Assembly: GCA_964016885.1 (NCBI GenBank)
Contig: OZ024742.1
Coordinates: 210,614,001-210,678,000, forward strand
Direction: 5' to 3'
Source of the DNA: Eledone cirrhosa
Lineage: Eukaryota
DNA: 64,000 nucleotides
The translations under genes were made by a program, and so were the position numbers. The first letter of the stretch is position 1; each line of letters starts with the position of its first letter. The notes beneath the pieces were generated by a model, which was not told where the DNA came from, searched no databases, and saw nothing but the letters and a program-made list of their open reading frames with translations. Positions 1-13,639 of this stretch are shown one piece after another.

Positions 1-330
1 TTCTGCAACATACATTGGAGTCGAATTCCACAGCACTGTAGACAAAGGCTAGGGCACTGGTACGTAAGGTGGATGGGCTAGCATTTCAGGATGAATCTGC
101 CAAGCGACGTAAAAGATTGTTTTTCGCAGACATCGTTGTGCGGAAGTCAGCTACTGGTCCAATTTCACTCAGAGACAGGTCGGTATGGCGTTATATGAGA
201 GGAGTGTGCCATTTAAGTCAATGGTGAGCTGCCAATTGGGCTCCTTGGTATTCATGTGGAATGCCGTTGAAGTCGTTTTTGTCATGCTTAGCTTCAATCT
301 TCAGGTCTAGCGAAATCTATCCACACATAC
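1..330 (-). mobile_element. Degenerate Vingi/Ingi-type LINE, RT C-terminal fragment
   Basis: Minus-strand translation RLKLSMTKTTSTAFHMNTKE..LNGTLLSYNAIPTCL*VKLDQ*LT..NNLLRRLADSS*NASPSTLRTSALAFVYSAVE resembles the Ingi/Vingi RT-thumb consensus; in-frame stops present. Confidence 0.75.
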
Positions 331-1028
331 TGACCCCTAAATGACACGAGGTGGTGGTGTTTTTTTTTTTATCTCGGGTTGGCGACAGTAGTCTGAAGAA
401 ACTGGCCAACTTGGGTTTAAATGAGATAATATTTTTTTAAAGCTATTCCTCTCTCATTTCTCGGAAGAAAAGGACATCACTTGGAGTTGCTCAAGCAGTA
501 GGGAGAGGTAGCGCTTAGCAAAAAGCACTTCAGCCCTCTCGAAAAGGTTGGTACTTCGATAAAGGTTAGTTTAGTGTATCTTGTCTGACTACTACGGCAT
601 TCATGCAAACCAACTACACAAACATAACACACAATTCACTTGGTTTTTTGTTGTTTTCTTGTTTTATCAACAATAGCTTCGACGTAAGTTTTTTTATTAA
701 TAACAATTCTTAAAGTAGCGATATTTGTTATTATTCATCGGATATTGTTAATGGCAGCTTTACTTTCAGCCTTCGACTTTCAACTACTGACTATGGCAAC
801 GAGTACAGCCACACATCTCGACTTATTGAGAAACACACACTCAATTCATTTGCCATAAGTCACACATTTCCCACAGCGCTTATATGGGAGAGAGCAATTC
901 ACGGAATCACCCATCAAACCTACAACATTACTACTGCAACATCTGCCACGTCCAAGTGAACAACGAACAATAATATCAAACTCAAGCCATCTCCTACGTT
1001 ACATCTAAAAATATACCTCATCGTTACA

Positions 1029-1190
1029 ATAGTACTGAGCCTTGAGGGACTTCAGGACAAAGCTTCGGTTGGCTAGGATGTTACAGATAAACCACATCAT
1101 GTGACGGTCAGGAAATATTCTTATTAACTTCAGGGTCAGACCCTGCTGCCACGATTTCGATCAGGTGAAGGACAACACCCCGAGACAGCA
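1029..1190 (-). mobile_element. Degenerate Vingi/Ingi-type LINE, RT core fragment (probably the same element as 1-330)
   Basis: WQQGLTLKLIRIFPDRHMMWFICNILANRSFVLK then, after a deletion, PQGSVL. Confidence 0.7.
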
Positions 1191-1976
1191 ACAGCAAGTC
1201 AAATTTCGTAGCAGTGGAATTCGAAACAAAATGCGTTAAAGAATTAGGTTTCACACCTCTCCTTTCTAAGTTCAAATTCCACAGGAGTTTACTTAAGCAG
1301 TTATTTTGAAAAAAATTACCTTGATCCTATTAAAGATAAAGCCATTATTTAGTTTGTAATGTTTGCGAGTACGAATATTTGTACCAAAATAAAATGTTTG
1401 CTAATGAGATGACCATGTAACAACATGGAATTCCTATAATTGAAGAAAAATATAATTGTGATGATGAACACTGAAGAAAACTGGAAGCTAAGTTCATTTA
1501 GTCTATACATTTCTACAGGTAAATGGAAAAAAAGATGGAGATTATTTAAAAAAGTAACAAGTTTAAGAGACTTAACCAATACTATTGTGTATAACGATAA
1601 CAAGGGTAAAAAAAGAAAACAAAATAGACAAACCGACGCCAAATTTTGCTTCAGGATATTTCTGATTTGTGTAATTTTGGTGAGATAATCAACGAGTTTT
1701 TGGTGATGCTTTTTATAATGTGGAAAAACACTCAATCAACTGACGTAAAGATAAGCTCAGTGTTGTAAAACCGCCAGCTCAAGCATGTTAGTTATTTTCT
1801 GCCTCGTTTAATCGCGACCCAGATTGGAATATCTTTAGCTATGTACTTTAACGAAGAAAGAAACCCTACAATAACATGTTCTGTTGCAAATAAAAAAAAA
1901 TTCAAAAGCTGAACGATGATGATGATGATGAAATAGCAGTTGTAGTGCTACTGAAGATAACAACAACAACAACATC

Positions 1977-2025
<49 letters not shown>

Positions 2026-2439
2026 CTGGCGATGGCAGTTATGGTAATAGTATTTTAGGATTCGCTTCCTTTTATGCGTAACGAGAAGGTGAGGTGTGAG
2101 GATGCACAACATTTCCTCTGACCTATAATGCCTGTGATTAATAATTAGAAGCATAGAAAAAATCTAGGGGTATAACAGAAATTTATTCTGCATTCTTGAA
2201 AGATTCCACTAACTATATGGCTTTGAACAGTACTGGATGGGTTTCTTTTTTCACATACAAAAGTATTTATTGAATATCATTTACAACTATTTGTCTTATA
2301 ATGTACACACTGCCTCACTTTTATAAATATCTGATTTAGTATCAAGTTATTTAGAAAGATTTAGTAGTATAACTATTCTAAGAAAGAATACTCAGTCATC
2401 GTTACCATAATGATATGAACCCTGAACAACGTGGGAGAA

Positions 2440-2655
2440 CACTCTCTGGCGTGCAAAACCCCAGGCTTAAGCCGCCTCGAGGTGTCAGCGGAGGACAGAA
2501 TGAAGAAGCGTTACCTTGGAGGTTGGCAAAGGGGGCGCATTGAAATAGCCATTCCAACTCACGAGACTCACTCCTCTGGGTGGTTGACTCTTCTTCGATA
2601 GCAGTGAGTAGGGAGGTGGTACTGGGACCAAGAATACCATAAATCTCCACTGCTA
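2440..2655 (-). mobile_element. CRE-like non-LTR retrotransposon 3' fragment (end of restriction-like endonuclease domain)
   Basis: EIYGILGPSTTSLLTAI..ELEWLFQ....LQGNA, homologous to the copies at 4651 and 54711. Confidence 0.7.
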
Positions 2656-3026
2656 CAGAGAAATATTAAAATGATTTACAAATCATATTAGTACACTTAG
2701 TAGGCTATACATCCAGATTTACAGTTGTGATATGTGATGTTATATTGTTACTCTTACTCTGGGACTGTGTATTAATTATTTTATGCTGTTAAGTGGACAA
2801 TGAGTAAAAAACAATGAAACCCTTTCAAAGATAGAGACATCAAAAGTGTCTTTTGCTCCGGGCACTGAAACCCCTTTGCTACTGGTTTTGTAGTTTCTTT
2901 TAAAATCTATCTCTGAATTTCTTTCTTTTGTTCTGTAATGTCACCCACGATTGCTTTTCTTTTTTTTCCCTCCTTTTCTTCATATTTAGGTGCAAGATCA
3001 GTTATTATCAAAACATACGAGATAGT

Positions 3027-3211
3027 AGGTGAATTGGCAGTATCGGTAGAGAGTCGGACGCCATGCTTTGCAGCATAGTTACGTTCCTTTACGATCTGAG
3101 TTCAAATCCCGCCGAGGTTAACTTTGCCTTTCATCCTTACGGGGTCGATAAAATAAAGTACCAGTAATGTACTGGGTAATTACTGGCCTTGTGCCAAAAG
3201 TAGAAACAATT
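3027..3211 (+). mobile_element. tRNA-derived SINE family A
   Basis: A-box-like TGGCAGTATCGG, B-box GAGTTCAAATCCC, central GCCTTTCATCCTTACGGGGTCGATAAAATAAAGTACCAG; many copies in the window. Confidence 0.85.
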
Positions 3212-3249
3212 ATGTAGATTAGATGAAATTAATTAACTTGATAAAAACA

Positions 3250-5910
3250 AATCAAGTTGAATCTTAGTAACTGACAAACGATCATGTCAAGTGAATGACC
3301 ATGTCTAGATTTACAAGTGTAGATACGTGTATTACATTTTAACTCGTGTGCTGCTATCCTCAAGCTTTTTGCTAAGAACAGCACGGCCCACCTTGGACCT
3401 CAAACGGAGCTGGCAAATCTGACACGCATTTACACCACCATAAATGATGAAATTCATTAGAGAAAAGAAGGCAAATAATTTGGGAGCAGGAACACAATCT
3501 TGTTCAGTTCTATTTGAAACATGGAAAGGATCAGAAATAACAGTTGGCCTGACGCCGGAGTAAAAGGAGATAATGACATTTTTCTTCTGGAATGCCCTCT
3601 TTTGACAGAACTTTCCATAATGCCTTTCTGGACTCAGTATTAAGTACTTTTGACAGATCTATAAAGTCTTTGTAGAGTTTCTTATTTGTTTTGTTTTTTG
3701 AATGGACAATGGAAGTATGTTTATAAGATTAGAGGATATGACAGAAAAGTTTAGTGAATTGTTTGAGCAACGTAGAGTCGAAGTTTGTAAATTTTGCCAG
3801 GTGCTTTACCATTGGAAATTTATTTAATGCCCTTTTTAATCTTATCAACAGTTAAATCGACACTCATATCTCAGATATAGATCCACGTGAGATTGAGTTT
3901 ATTACAATGTCCGTTGAGGACATTTGAATCTACAACAGATTCCCGATCTCACAGACCATCAGAATGTTCAGCCCATCTTTTAAAGATACTGTCCAAATTA
4001 ATAAGTTACCCTGAGCCACTCGACGAACGCAGAAGTGAAGAGCCATTTGGTTTTGGGTTGTTGATAGCTTTTAGACGTTTATAAAAAGCTTTTATGATAT
4101 AGGTATTCACCGTCTCTTGCATTTCTCTTGCTTTGTTTCAGCTCCAGGCTTCTTTCATTCACCTTAGAGGAGGCTAGGTAGCACGTTTAGCCAAGCAATC
4201 CGAATTTTCTTTTTTTAAAGTAATACCTCTAGTCAGCGACCCACAATCTGGGTTTCCCTGAGGCTCGGCTTCCGGATCTGCGAGCCACACAAATGTCGCT
4301 GCAGATCCACCGTGCACTCTTTCGGCCTCCTCTCGCTTTCCTGTTGCTACAGTGCCGACCGTCTTCCACGCCATACTGCTCTCAACGAGGTCATAAAGCA
4401 TGGCTTGGATGCTGCAGGCGTCCCCTCCCAGCTCGAGCAGGTGGGGCTGGACCGAGGGAATGGCAAAAGGCCAGACGGCATGACCATCTTCCCGTTCCGC
4501 GGTGGTAAACTCCTCGTCTGGGATGCCACATGCAGTGACACATTCTCCAGCGGCAACCTAGTGCAGTCTGCGACTAACCAAGGTTTTGAGGAGGGTAAAC
4601 ACTCCAAATATCGGTCGCTCTCCGACATGTTTGCAGTCTAGCCCCTAGCAGTGGAGACTTCTGGTGTCCTTGGCCCTAGGGTTACCTCCCTACTTACCAC
4701 CACAAGGGCTGAGCTGGCGAGCCGCAGGTGTGAGCCTAGCGATCTCCCTTACCTTTCTCCAGGGAAACGCCTTCTCCATTATGTCCGCATGGGCCGTGGG
4801 GTGACCAGCACGTGGGACCCCATTTTCTCATAATAGTGAGAGATGGGGAGGGCGAGAGAGATGGAGGCGATCACAGTGGGAGTTCGGCTCTTCTGTGTTT
4901 GCACCTGGTGTTCAACAAATTGTAAAAAGCTTTACAAAACGCGTAGTTAAAAATGACAGACTGTGACCCACTAACATGCCTTGTTGTCCTTCTTCTTCCT
5001 GATTACCACTACCAGTAACAGTACCATCATCAATACATCATCATCCTCATTAACATTACGCTCCCACCACCATCACCATGAGCAATAGTAGCAGCACCAC
5101 TATCACCACCCTTACATCCACAAGTGGATTTGTTAGATCTATGCAGTGTTCAGTGTACTGATAAAAGCACCGTTTTCATTAAACCGGCTCTGATGTTTTC
5201 TTTTACAAAAACCTAGAATCTCGTCAGTTGACTTATGGAAAGCATCACGTACATATTCTCCATGTTGCCATCCATAACGTTCAGATTTCTGATATTATTT
5301 TCAATATCAGAGAACTTTTTCTCAAATTGCAGAACATTCGCCAAAGATGTGTTTAGTTTTCTTGGCATAATTATCTTGGATTTTTGTCTTTGCGGATGTA
5401 AGACAAGCTGAAATTACTGTCTACCACTCAATAACCAGAACAACATTTAGCATTTTAATATAACTTTGTAGACGTCAGCGTATTTCTGTCAAGCAGGTAA
5501 ACTAAAATGTTACCAGTTGTACTGAACATGTTTTGACCTAGGGTGAAACTATGTTGTTTTATATTCATCTTTTTGTTATAACATAGTGTTAGTGATGCCC
5601 GATTGAGAGTTGCCACAAAAACAGAAAGAAGAAACAAGCTGTTTGTATTTATCTTATAAGCACCATACCCAACATGATTTTTGGCCTACTCGAGCATCGA
5701 ATTCTCATAAAAGTACAACTTAATCCTGCTATGGTATCTGGCGAAGAGTTGCTTCAAGATTAGAGTAAAATGATTTTTTCTTTTCATTAAAGTTGCTCAT
5801 TGTCGAAGCATAGACACTGATCAATCTTGCATAGTTTCCCTTCTGGATTTGGAACTTTAATGTCATGAGCCTGGTACTTATACTAATTGGTAAAGGATCC
5901 AGACAATTTG
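3250..5910 (-). mobile_element. Old RTE-clade LINE relic (APE endonuclease, linker, RT), interrupted by the CRE fragment at ~4200-4900
   Basis: Collinear minus-strand pieces: RLMTLKFQIQKGNYARLISVYASTM (~5850), ILGFCKRKHQSRFNEN (~5190), MKEAWS*NKAREMQ..RWAEH (~3960-4170), SNGKAPG and FIDLSKVLNT..ALWKVLSKEG (~3600-3830). Confidence 0.7.
4230..4830 (+). mobile_element. CRE-like (REL endonuclease) non-LTR retrotransposon 3' fragment
   Basis: SLRLGFRICEPHKCRC..RHTALNEVIK..GKRPDGMTIFPFRGGKLLVWDATCSDT..KYRSL..PLAVETSGVLGP: Cys/His motif plus PD..D restriction-like nuclease. Confidence 0.85.
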
Positions 5911-6089
5911 CAATCTCAACATTATACACATATATATTATGAGTGTATATGGAAACATATATGATATCTTTATGTACAATAAACATACGAGAGCCTCACT
6001 GTGAAAGAAAAACATATTTTTCGTTATGTGAAAATTTCATATACATCCTTATTAGTACTACTGCCAAAATATATATATATTATAGAAAG

Positions 6090-6980
6090 TGGCAAAAACA
6101 CAATTCAACCAAAGCTACACAAAATGAAGCAAAAATGGTCGGATGAAAAAGTAAAAGCCCTTGACAGGCATAACATGAAGTCTTTTAATCGAAATTTGAA
6201 GGGAGTCTTTGGACCAAGTTAGTTATGGCTGCTATCCCATCCTATCAGTTGATGCGATATCTTGACAGATCGGCAGGATATAATAAAGAAGTACTCCACA
6301 GGTAAGATATCTATAAAGCTGTTGTTCTTACAACTCTCTTTTATGGGGAAAAAGCCTGAACTCCCTATAAAAAACCCCACATAAATCAAATGAGCAGTTT
6401 CCACAAGGGGTGTCTAAGACAGATATGTAGTGTAACATGGGATGATGGAGGGAGAAATAGTGGTGTGCCATCGCAATGCAATGTTTCTGGAATAGAAACG
6501 TTCTTGATCAAATTTCAGATGAGATGGTGTGGCCACGTTTTGAGAATAATCAGAGAATCCTAAAGCAAGTTTTATTTGGTCAACTCAAAGGCTCTTGTAG
6601 AAAAGTAGGCCGACCACTATTTCTCTATATAGACAAGCTTAGAGACAATTTGAAATGCCTGAGTATGAATATTAACAGCTGGTAAAATGTTGCCAATAAT
6701 AGGACTGAGTGGAGAAAGCAATGTCATATGAAACTTGTTAACTTTGAAGACGGATGTATTCGTCATCCAGACCAGTTGTATGCAAATCGAAGACAATTAT
6801 CAGCACAACACCGTCCCTGCAAAACTTCAATGTTTTCATTGCAACGTTTCAGCTAGGTCAAATGTTGGGCTAAAGTGTCATCTCAGGACTCACATCGCTC
6901 CTGAAAATTTAGAAAAATTGACATGCAGTGTCTGTAACCGTCCCTGTAAAATGCTACAGACTGAAATTATACATACGTGT
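6090..6980 (+). mobile_element. Second old RTE relic (linker and C-terminus with C2H2-like fingers), heavily deleted
   Basis: LHKMKQKWSDEK..LKGVFGP; LKQVLFGQLKGSCRKVGRP; CFHCNVSARSNVGLKCHLRTH..CSVCNRPC. Confidence 0.7.
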
Positions 6981-7093
6981 TCATCAAATGGAATAATGTT
7001 GTGACATTTTCTATGCTAAAATCCACTAACCGGTTCTTGCCAGGGAACTGCTATTGTTTTATCATCTGTTTATATATCACATATATCATCATC

Positions 7094-7239
<146 letters not shown>

Positions 7240-7240
<1 letters not shown>

Positions 7241-8043
7241 TGAGAAAGCTCATCGCTAGAACAGCCGTTAAAACAACTAAATGTTGTCAAAGACAGCGAT
7301 GGGCAAAATAGCTAGGAGGACAGAGACCAGCGGCCAGTGGTCAACGGAGAGACAATTCACAAGGTAGGTAACAGGTAGATGAAATATAGAAAAGATTGAA
7401 AGAAGAGGAGGAGAAGGAGAAGTGCGCTGGCGCAGAGAAGTGAATTGAAGAAGGAAATAAAGAAAGGGCGATGTACAAGACAAGTTTATACACACACATC
7501 TTCACCCTCATCAGCTCTCAAACCAGCAAAATGGTTTCGCGTGATTTAATTGAGAGTACTATTTTAAAATGCTGGATCGTGCAACAGAAAAATAAAACTT
7601 TCTGCTGGTATGATGTGTGTGTGTGATAAAACAAATAAAATAAAATAATAGGATAGTGGACCTCAAGCTGTGGTATCTATCCTAAATAGAAAGTTAATTT
7701 TTAGCTATGATAAAGTTATAACAATGTTGTCTCTGATCGAGACGAAGCGAGGTTGTATTTGAATACATATAGAAATGAGAAAACTTATCGCTAGAACAGC
7801 TAAATGTTGACAAAGACAGCGATACAAACATGCCTCAGAGGACAGAAACCAACGGTCAGTGGTCAACAGAAAAAACATGTTTTACACACACCCATCTTCA
7901 CCTTCATCAGCTCTCAAACCAGCAAAATGGTTACGCACGATTTAATTGAGAGTAGCATTTTAAAATGCTGGTTCGTGTAGAGAGAACATTGTTTTAACTT
8001 TATCGTATGATTAGCTTTCTATTTAGGTCAGATACCACAGCTG
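7240..8043. repeat. Diverged direct repeat (7240-7582 / 7776-7980) with an inverted pair (7667-7735 / 7980-8043)
   Basis: Shared blocks such as CATCAGCTCTCAAACCAGCAAAATGGTT; AGCTGTGGTATCT..AAATAGAAAG is the reverse complement of CTTTCTATTTAGG..AGATACCACAGCT. Confidence 0.75.
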
Positions 8044-8339
8044 GTGATACGAAATGATACAAGCTGACACCGACATATTTTCTTTTGTGGTTTATTTAAT
8101 TTTATTTATTCAATTTAATACAACATTTATTTGTGTTTCATCTTTCCAATCATTCCTTATTTCCACAGGTCACTCTTGCCTGGTGTTTTAACGAAATCAT
8201 GTTCACATTATTCTGAAGTTGCTACGGACCTCAGTGTATATAACTTTGTACAAGAGCGATGGTCAGATAGAATTACTTATCCTATCAAAAGTCGAGTAGT
8301 ACGAATGTAGTAAAATGCAGATTATGCCAATGTTTATGA

Positions 8340-9290
8340 TACCAATTCCTCTCCTATAAAGCTTAAGATTGGGAGAAAATGGTTGATATCTGAGGCAACA
8401 TAGAATTTTGTGGCGTCTCTAGAATAGGCTCTACTCAGACCAATAAAGAAGGCATCACAAATTCCGAGTTCAGACGATACCACAACATGAATCAGAAGGT
8501 TAAAAGAGATGCAGTAGTTAAATAGGTAAAGAAAGAACACGTGAGAAACTGCTAGGGGGGTTTTGATGCAATGCGATTTGGAGTGCATTATTGCTGGTGA
8601 GGAGTTTGTGGCTGCACAAAAGATAGGCTAGAAAGAACTTTATTCATGGGAGCCGACTAAAATAAGTTTGCTTGTTCTTTCCGTTCACGACATGCATCCT
8701 GATCCCACAACCCCAAAGCGTTGGAAAATAAAGGAGAGTGGTCAGTAAAAATTCGGGACGATTGGAACGATGAGACCCATACTCTCCAATTGCCTACCTG
8801 GTTTGGAGCACAGATACATATGGCGAGAGACCACAAGTAGTGCAGAAGGGAAGGATAAATATCTGCAAGGAAGATGAACGCTGCAAGTTAGTCATTGCAA
8901 GATAGAAGAACAACTCAAAATAGAAGAAGTGTTGTGAGGTTTCAGTTGAACTTGATGGTAAATACATACACCCTTTTTAACTCGCTATGTGGTGCAATGA
9001 AAGCATGGTGGTAAAGATGATAGAGCAGACAGTCCTCTAGGAAGTAAATATCTTTCACACATTTGACAGGAAAGACAAAATACAGTGAGCTGGTTGAACT
9101 CTGTGAAAACAATGGAAAGCATCGTGTTTTCCTGTTGATGTAGGTACCAGGGTATCTGTTAAGACTGATTTACACGTTGTTTAGGAACCTTGGACTAGCA
9201 GCAGAAGAAAGAAAATATCTTTTGAAAGAATTATGGGAGATTGTTGAGGAAATGAGCCATCATATCTAGCTCAAGAGAGAAGACCAATGA
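8340..9290 (+). mobile_element. Degenerate HERO-clade non-LTR retrotransposon C-terminal region
   Basis: KLKIGRKW; KELYSWEPTKISLLVLSVHD.HP.P; GTMRPILSNC..RYIWR; IEQTV; KYSELVELC; FPVDVG resemble HERO motifs GRKW, SVYDxLP, RYxWRH, IELTVPWE, PVEVG. Confidence 0.65.
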
Positions 9291-9330
9291 TATGATCAAT
9301 ACAGCGAGGAGCAGCCATCGAATATGATCC

Positions 9331-9694
9331 TGAATTGAGGTTAACAAACATATCTGGCTCAGAGTTACAATATCTGGTTCACCTAATTGAGGTTAACAAA
9401 CATATCTGGCTCAGAGTTACAATATCTGGTTCATCTAATTAAGGTTAACAAACATATCTGGCTCAGAGTTACAATATCTGGTTCACCTAATTGAGGTTAA
9501 CAAACATATCTGGCTCAGAGTTACAATATCTGGTTCACCTAATTGAGGTTAACAAACATATCTGGCTCAGAGTTACAATATCTGGTTCACCTAATTGAGG
9601 TTAACAAACATATCTGGCTCAGAGTTACAATATCTGGTTCACCTAATTGAGGTTAACAAACATATCTGGCTCAGAGTTACAATATCTGGTTCAC
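9331..9694. repeat. Minisatellite, 7 x 52 bp
   Basis: Unit CTAATTGAGGTTAACAAACATATCTGGCTCAGAGTTACAATATCTGGTTCAC, nearly invariant. Confidence 0.95.
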
Positions 9695-11828
9695 CTTCAT
9701 GCTCTTATATTGGGGTTTAGTTATCTACATGGTGGCTCCAGATAGCTCTGATGTCGCTGTGAAAGGGGTAGAAACACCCACAGAGTTGTTTCACCGTCAG
9801 ACCCCCACATTCCACACATACATTATACAAATTGGATTGGTTGATCCTCTAAGTTCTGTTTTCGGTGGTTAATTTATACAAGATGTTCATATCAAAACGG
9901 AGCATGTATAGGAAAACACACATGCTCAAAATAGCGTTGTCATGGTGATAGCGGAAGAAAGAACGTTTCTCTTTCTATTACTAGTATATGTGCACAAGCT
10001 AGTAAAGCATTTATACGTAAAGGTATAACTAACCAAAATATGATTAATTTTGTTTATATTTCATATCAACACCATGGCAACCATAGTGAAATATTTTGCC
10101 AAGTTCTTTTAAATTCTAATTTGTGGAATATATGTATGTTATATTACTTGCAATTCCACTGATTCGTGCTAACATCCTGGCAGCTGTTTTCCCTCTTTGT
10201 TTGTGTAGCAATTTATATTTAAGTTTTTCTATAATCCATTGGATCAGATGTAAGTGGGATCTCTCCACTTGTTTCTTCATATCCAGGACCGTATTTAACA
10301 GGGGAAAAGGGGGTAATTGCCCCGGACCCGCCTGCAGAGGGGCCCCACCAGCGACGGTCGCAGCAATTTATTAGTGTCTTCTGCTGGGCTTTTTAGTTTT
10401 GTCTTTTTGACAACCAGAACTATATTTTTAACAAAATGTATTTGATATTCTTACTATCGCAAAATTCACCAAATTCTCTCAACCAGAATGTTATCAGAAC
10501 AATATTCTAATAAAAAGAATTTGATAGAGTAAATATAACTACTTATTAATCCTGTAATGAAATGACAACCAATGAATTGAAATGATTTTATAATGAAAAT
10601 AGAATAATTCAGATAATAATTCTTAACATTATATAAAATACATATACTGATGGTGATATATGCATAGGTTGTAGTAAATATCCTTATACATATTTAATAA
10701 ACTTGCTTTATAGATAAAAATGTTTTTGAATATTGTAACAAAATATTTAGTAAATATATTAATTAAACTATGCTATAGAAAATATTTTTATATTGTTTAA
10801 TTTTGATATTAGTATAATTAGCTTAAACATAACCAAATACAAAAGATATTAAAAAATGTCATGGTATTTAATTGGTCGCTTCTATTTGACTTAATATTTG
10901 AAAGCAACGGTCACGCATCATTTCTATTTCTTCCTTCTTTCTTTCTTTCCTTTTTACAGTTATGTCTTTCTTCTCTCTTCTATCTCTCTCTTTCTTCCTT
11001 TTCTTCCCTAACACGTTATATTTACGCATTTAAATATTTATGTATTTATTTATTTCTTCTTGCATTTCCTCAAACTCACCCCCTCCTTATACCTATATCT
11101 CGCTCCACGTCCTCTTCTTCATTAAATTTAAGTTTATCATGTTATTATTTGTGGTATATAAATGTTGAGATTTGTTGTAATAAATCACTGCCAATACTGG
11201 AATTGAACCATCAAGACCGTCGAGGTATGTCATACATCCATTCATGTATATAATAAAACATATATTTTGATTATGTGAATGTCTTCATTTATTAATATTT
11301 TGAATAATATTAATAACTCCAGAAACTTCTTTGTAGAGTGCTTTTAATCTATTGTAAAACTATATTCATTGAGTAATCAATGAACCATATTAATCTTTGG
11401 TTATACATATAGACATATATATATATATATACATAACTGATAAGGTATGATTTTCCTGGGTATGTCTCTATTTATAAAACAAACTTTGTATTTTATCTGA
11501 AGAAAGCGTACCAAAGTCTTTTGGTATCCTTGAAATATATATAATAAAATAAATATGGTTTTATAAATATAGTTTCCATTTATTTAATATCATTGAATAT
11601 TTACTCCAGGAATTGAGTGCTCTAAATCAGTTATAAACATTTATATTTATATTTGACGGATTTCCAACAAATTAAATACCCCTTCTACTTATATATACTT
11701 ATATATATATATATTTAGGTTTGAGGGCGGTTGACCGGGCTAGTAGCTGCTAAATGGTCGGCCGCCCTCATGTCTCTGACTTTCAGCACCATGGAATTTT
11801 TCTATTATATTCCTTTGTTATATTCCGA

Positions 11829-11885
11829 ATACCTGATGATGTCGCCGGATTCATACTGAACCGGTCATTGAAATGATCATAGTAT
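11829..11885 (+). ncRNA. Minimal type-I hammerhead ribozyme motif (Penelope-associated type)
   Basis: atac-CTGATGA-stem II (ccgg/ttca..tgaa/ccgg)-GAAA-palindrome tgatca-TA-gtat; cleavage triplet AUA. Confidence 0.7.
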
Positions 11886-11929
11886 AATAAACCTTTTAAG
11901 GAATTACACCAGTCCAGCCTCCTGTTATT

Positions 11930-11998
<69 letters not shown>

Positions 11999-12002
<4 letters not shown>

Positions 12003-12420
12003 ATTTGAATGGATACAGTTTAGTTGAAAGGAATCTATTGACACGTGTTTCTATAACAGTTACATAACCTGAAAACAGCTGCTATCTACAAAGTATTAGT
12101 TATGCAGACATTCAATATTTCAATGTTATTATCTACTGTCATTTCATCAGAATAATATTACTGAGGACCTGTTTGGTTTTTATAGAGAATATTAGGAGGG
12201 AGGGGTGAAGTTGTTAGAAGAATAGTTGAGGGAGTGGTTTTTTGATAGCAGTGAGAATTTTTGGTGGCAGTGAGTAATTAGATTCCCATCTGTTGTTTTG
12301 ATATTTTTATAGAATATATTATTGGTTATTTTTCTAAATCTATAGAAGGATTAGAGATAGTAAAGATTCGCGTGGTTGGTTTTGTGTTTGCACTTAATTA
12401 ACATTCAGACTTAAATTTTT
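11999..12420 (-). mobile_element. Penelope-like 3' end / pseudo-LTR
   Basis: Short ..LIKCKHK.. ORF-end motif followed by a hammerhead motif; inverted copy at 13800-14052. Confidence 0.6.
12035..12155 (-). ncRNA. Type-I hammerhead ribozyme motif with long stem II
   Basis: Reverse complement of the 13905-14017 motif: ttatt-CTGATGA-..-GAAA-cacgtg-TC-aatag. Confidence 0.7.
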
Positions 12421-12700
12421 CTTTCAAGTGTACGTATCCTTTCGCCCACGCATTCACACACAAACATATTTGCACACCTCTACAAAATACATATACTCAC
12501 ATTCACATAATAACATGTTCATACTTACATACATATACACATGCATACATATATATATACACACATGTATTCATGTACATACATACGCGTCCATGTGTAT
12601 ACATTTTCATACTCAACTTATCTTTATATACACACGTATAGACACACACATATATACATACATACTCTAGTCTATGTGTATATATATATATATACATATA

Positions 12701-12762
<62 letters not shown>

Positions 12763-12764
12763 TG

Positions 12765-12815
12765 AGATTCTACAGGACTAGAACTGTTTCATTCATTAGA
12801 AATCATCAGGAATCT
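12765..12815 (-). ncRNA. Compact type-I hammerhead ribozyme motif
   Basis: agattc-CTGATGA-tttctaatgaat-GAAA-cag(ttctagtc)ctg-TA-gaatct; 6-bp stem I, GUA triplet. Confidence 0.75.
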
Positions 12816-13287
12816 GGGTATCAAAAAATAAATATGGTATTTATAGGTCTCTACAAGTGGTAGGAGAGGGTGGGGAGTGGGATGGGTGCAGGTCATTGGT
12901 TGATAGAAAAGGGAATTCATTAAAAGCTAATTCTACAAAGCTATAGTTTATTTTTATTTTTATTTATATTTATTTATGTTTTTAGAGTAACAAAGGCAGA
13001 CAGAATTCTATAAACAGGTTCCGGATGGCATACCATTCCTTGTCAATAAGTTTCTCTTAAGCTAACAGATGTCTATAAAATCAGTGGGGGGTCAGTCATG
13101 GTCGATAGAATTAAAGAAAAGGGAGATTCTTTAAAAGCTAAAGTCATTAAGGTTCTACTAAGTGACAAAGGTCTAGAGAATTCTGCAGACAGATTCAAAA
13201 TACTGAGTGCATATCTTACTATTATCTTCGAACTTCTCTTAAACTAATCAACTATATGCCAAAAATCAACAGACACATTCACAAAAA

Positions 13288-13382
<95 letters not shown>

Positions 13383-13639
13383 CACTTTAATACATGAATA
13401 CACTTACATCTAACTATACACATCAAACATATATATATATTTACTTATTTACATACATTTTCACATATATATACATACTTATGGTCGCTTTTAGACACAT
13501 TCATTATCGCATATTTGCATCTATTCTCATCAGCATATCTTTCCATTATTAGTGTGGTAATTTAAGATTATTAATATACATATATATATGTTGAGAAGAG
13601 ATTGTTTTTATATTTTTCTAACTAGATTGAGGTTTATAT

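Noticed and set aside
1349-1735. 128-aa and 82-aa overlapping ORFs
   Set aside because: AT-rich, no recognisable domain
3027-3120. tRNA genes at SINE heads
   Set aside because: A and B boxes are present but there is no cloverleaf, and each continues into a SINE body
5160-6980. Single RTE with a twin-priming 5' inversion
   Set aside because: The minus-strand RTE continues collinearly at 4190-3250 and already contains the linker seen at 6100, so these are two separate relics
9331-9694. CRISPR-like array
   Set aside because: Units are wholly repeated with no unique spacers, no cas genes, eukaryotic context
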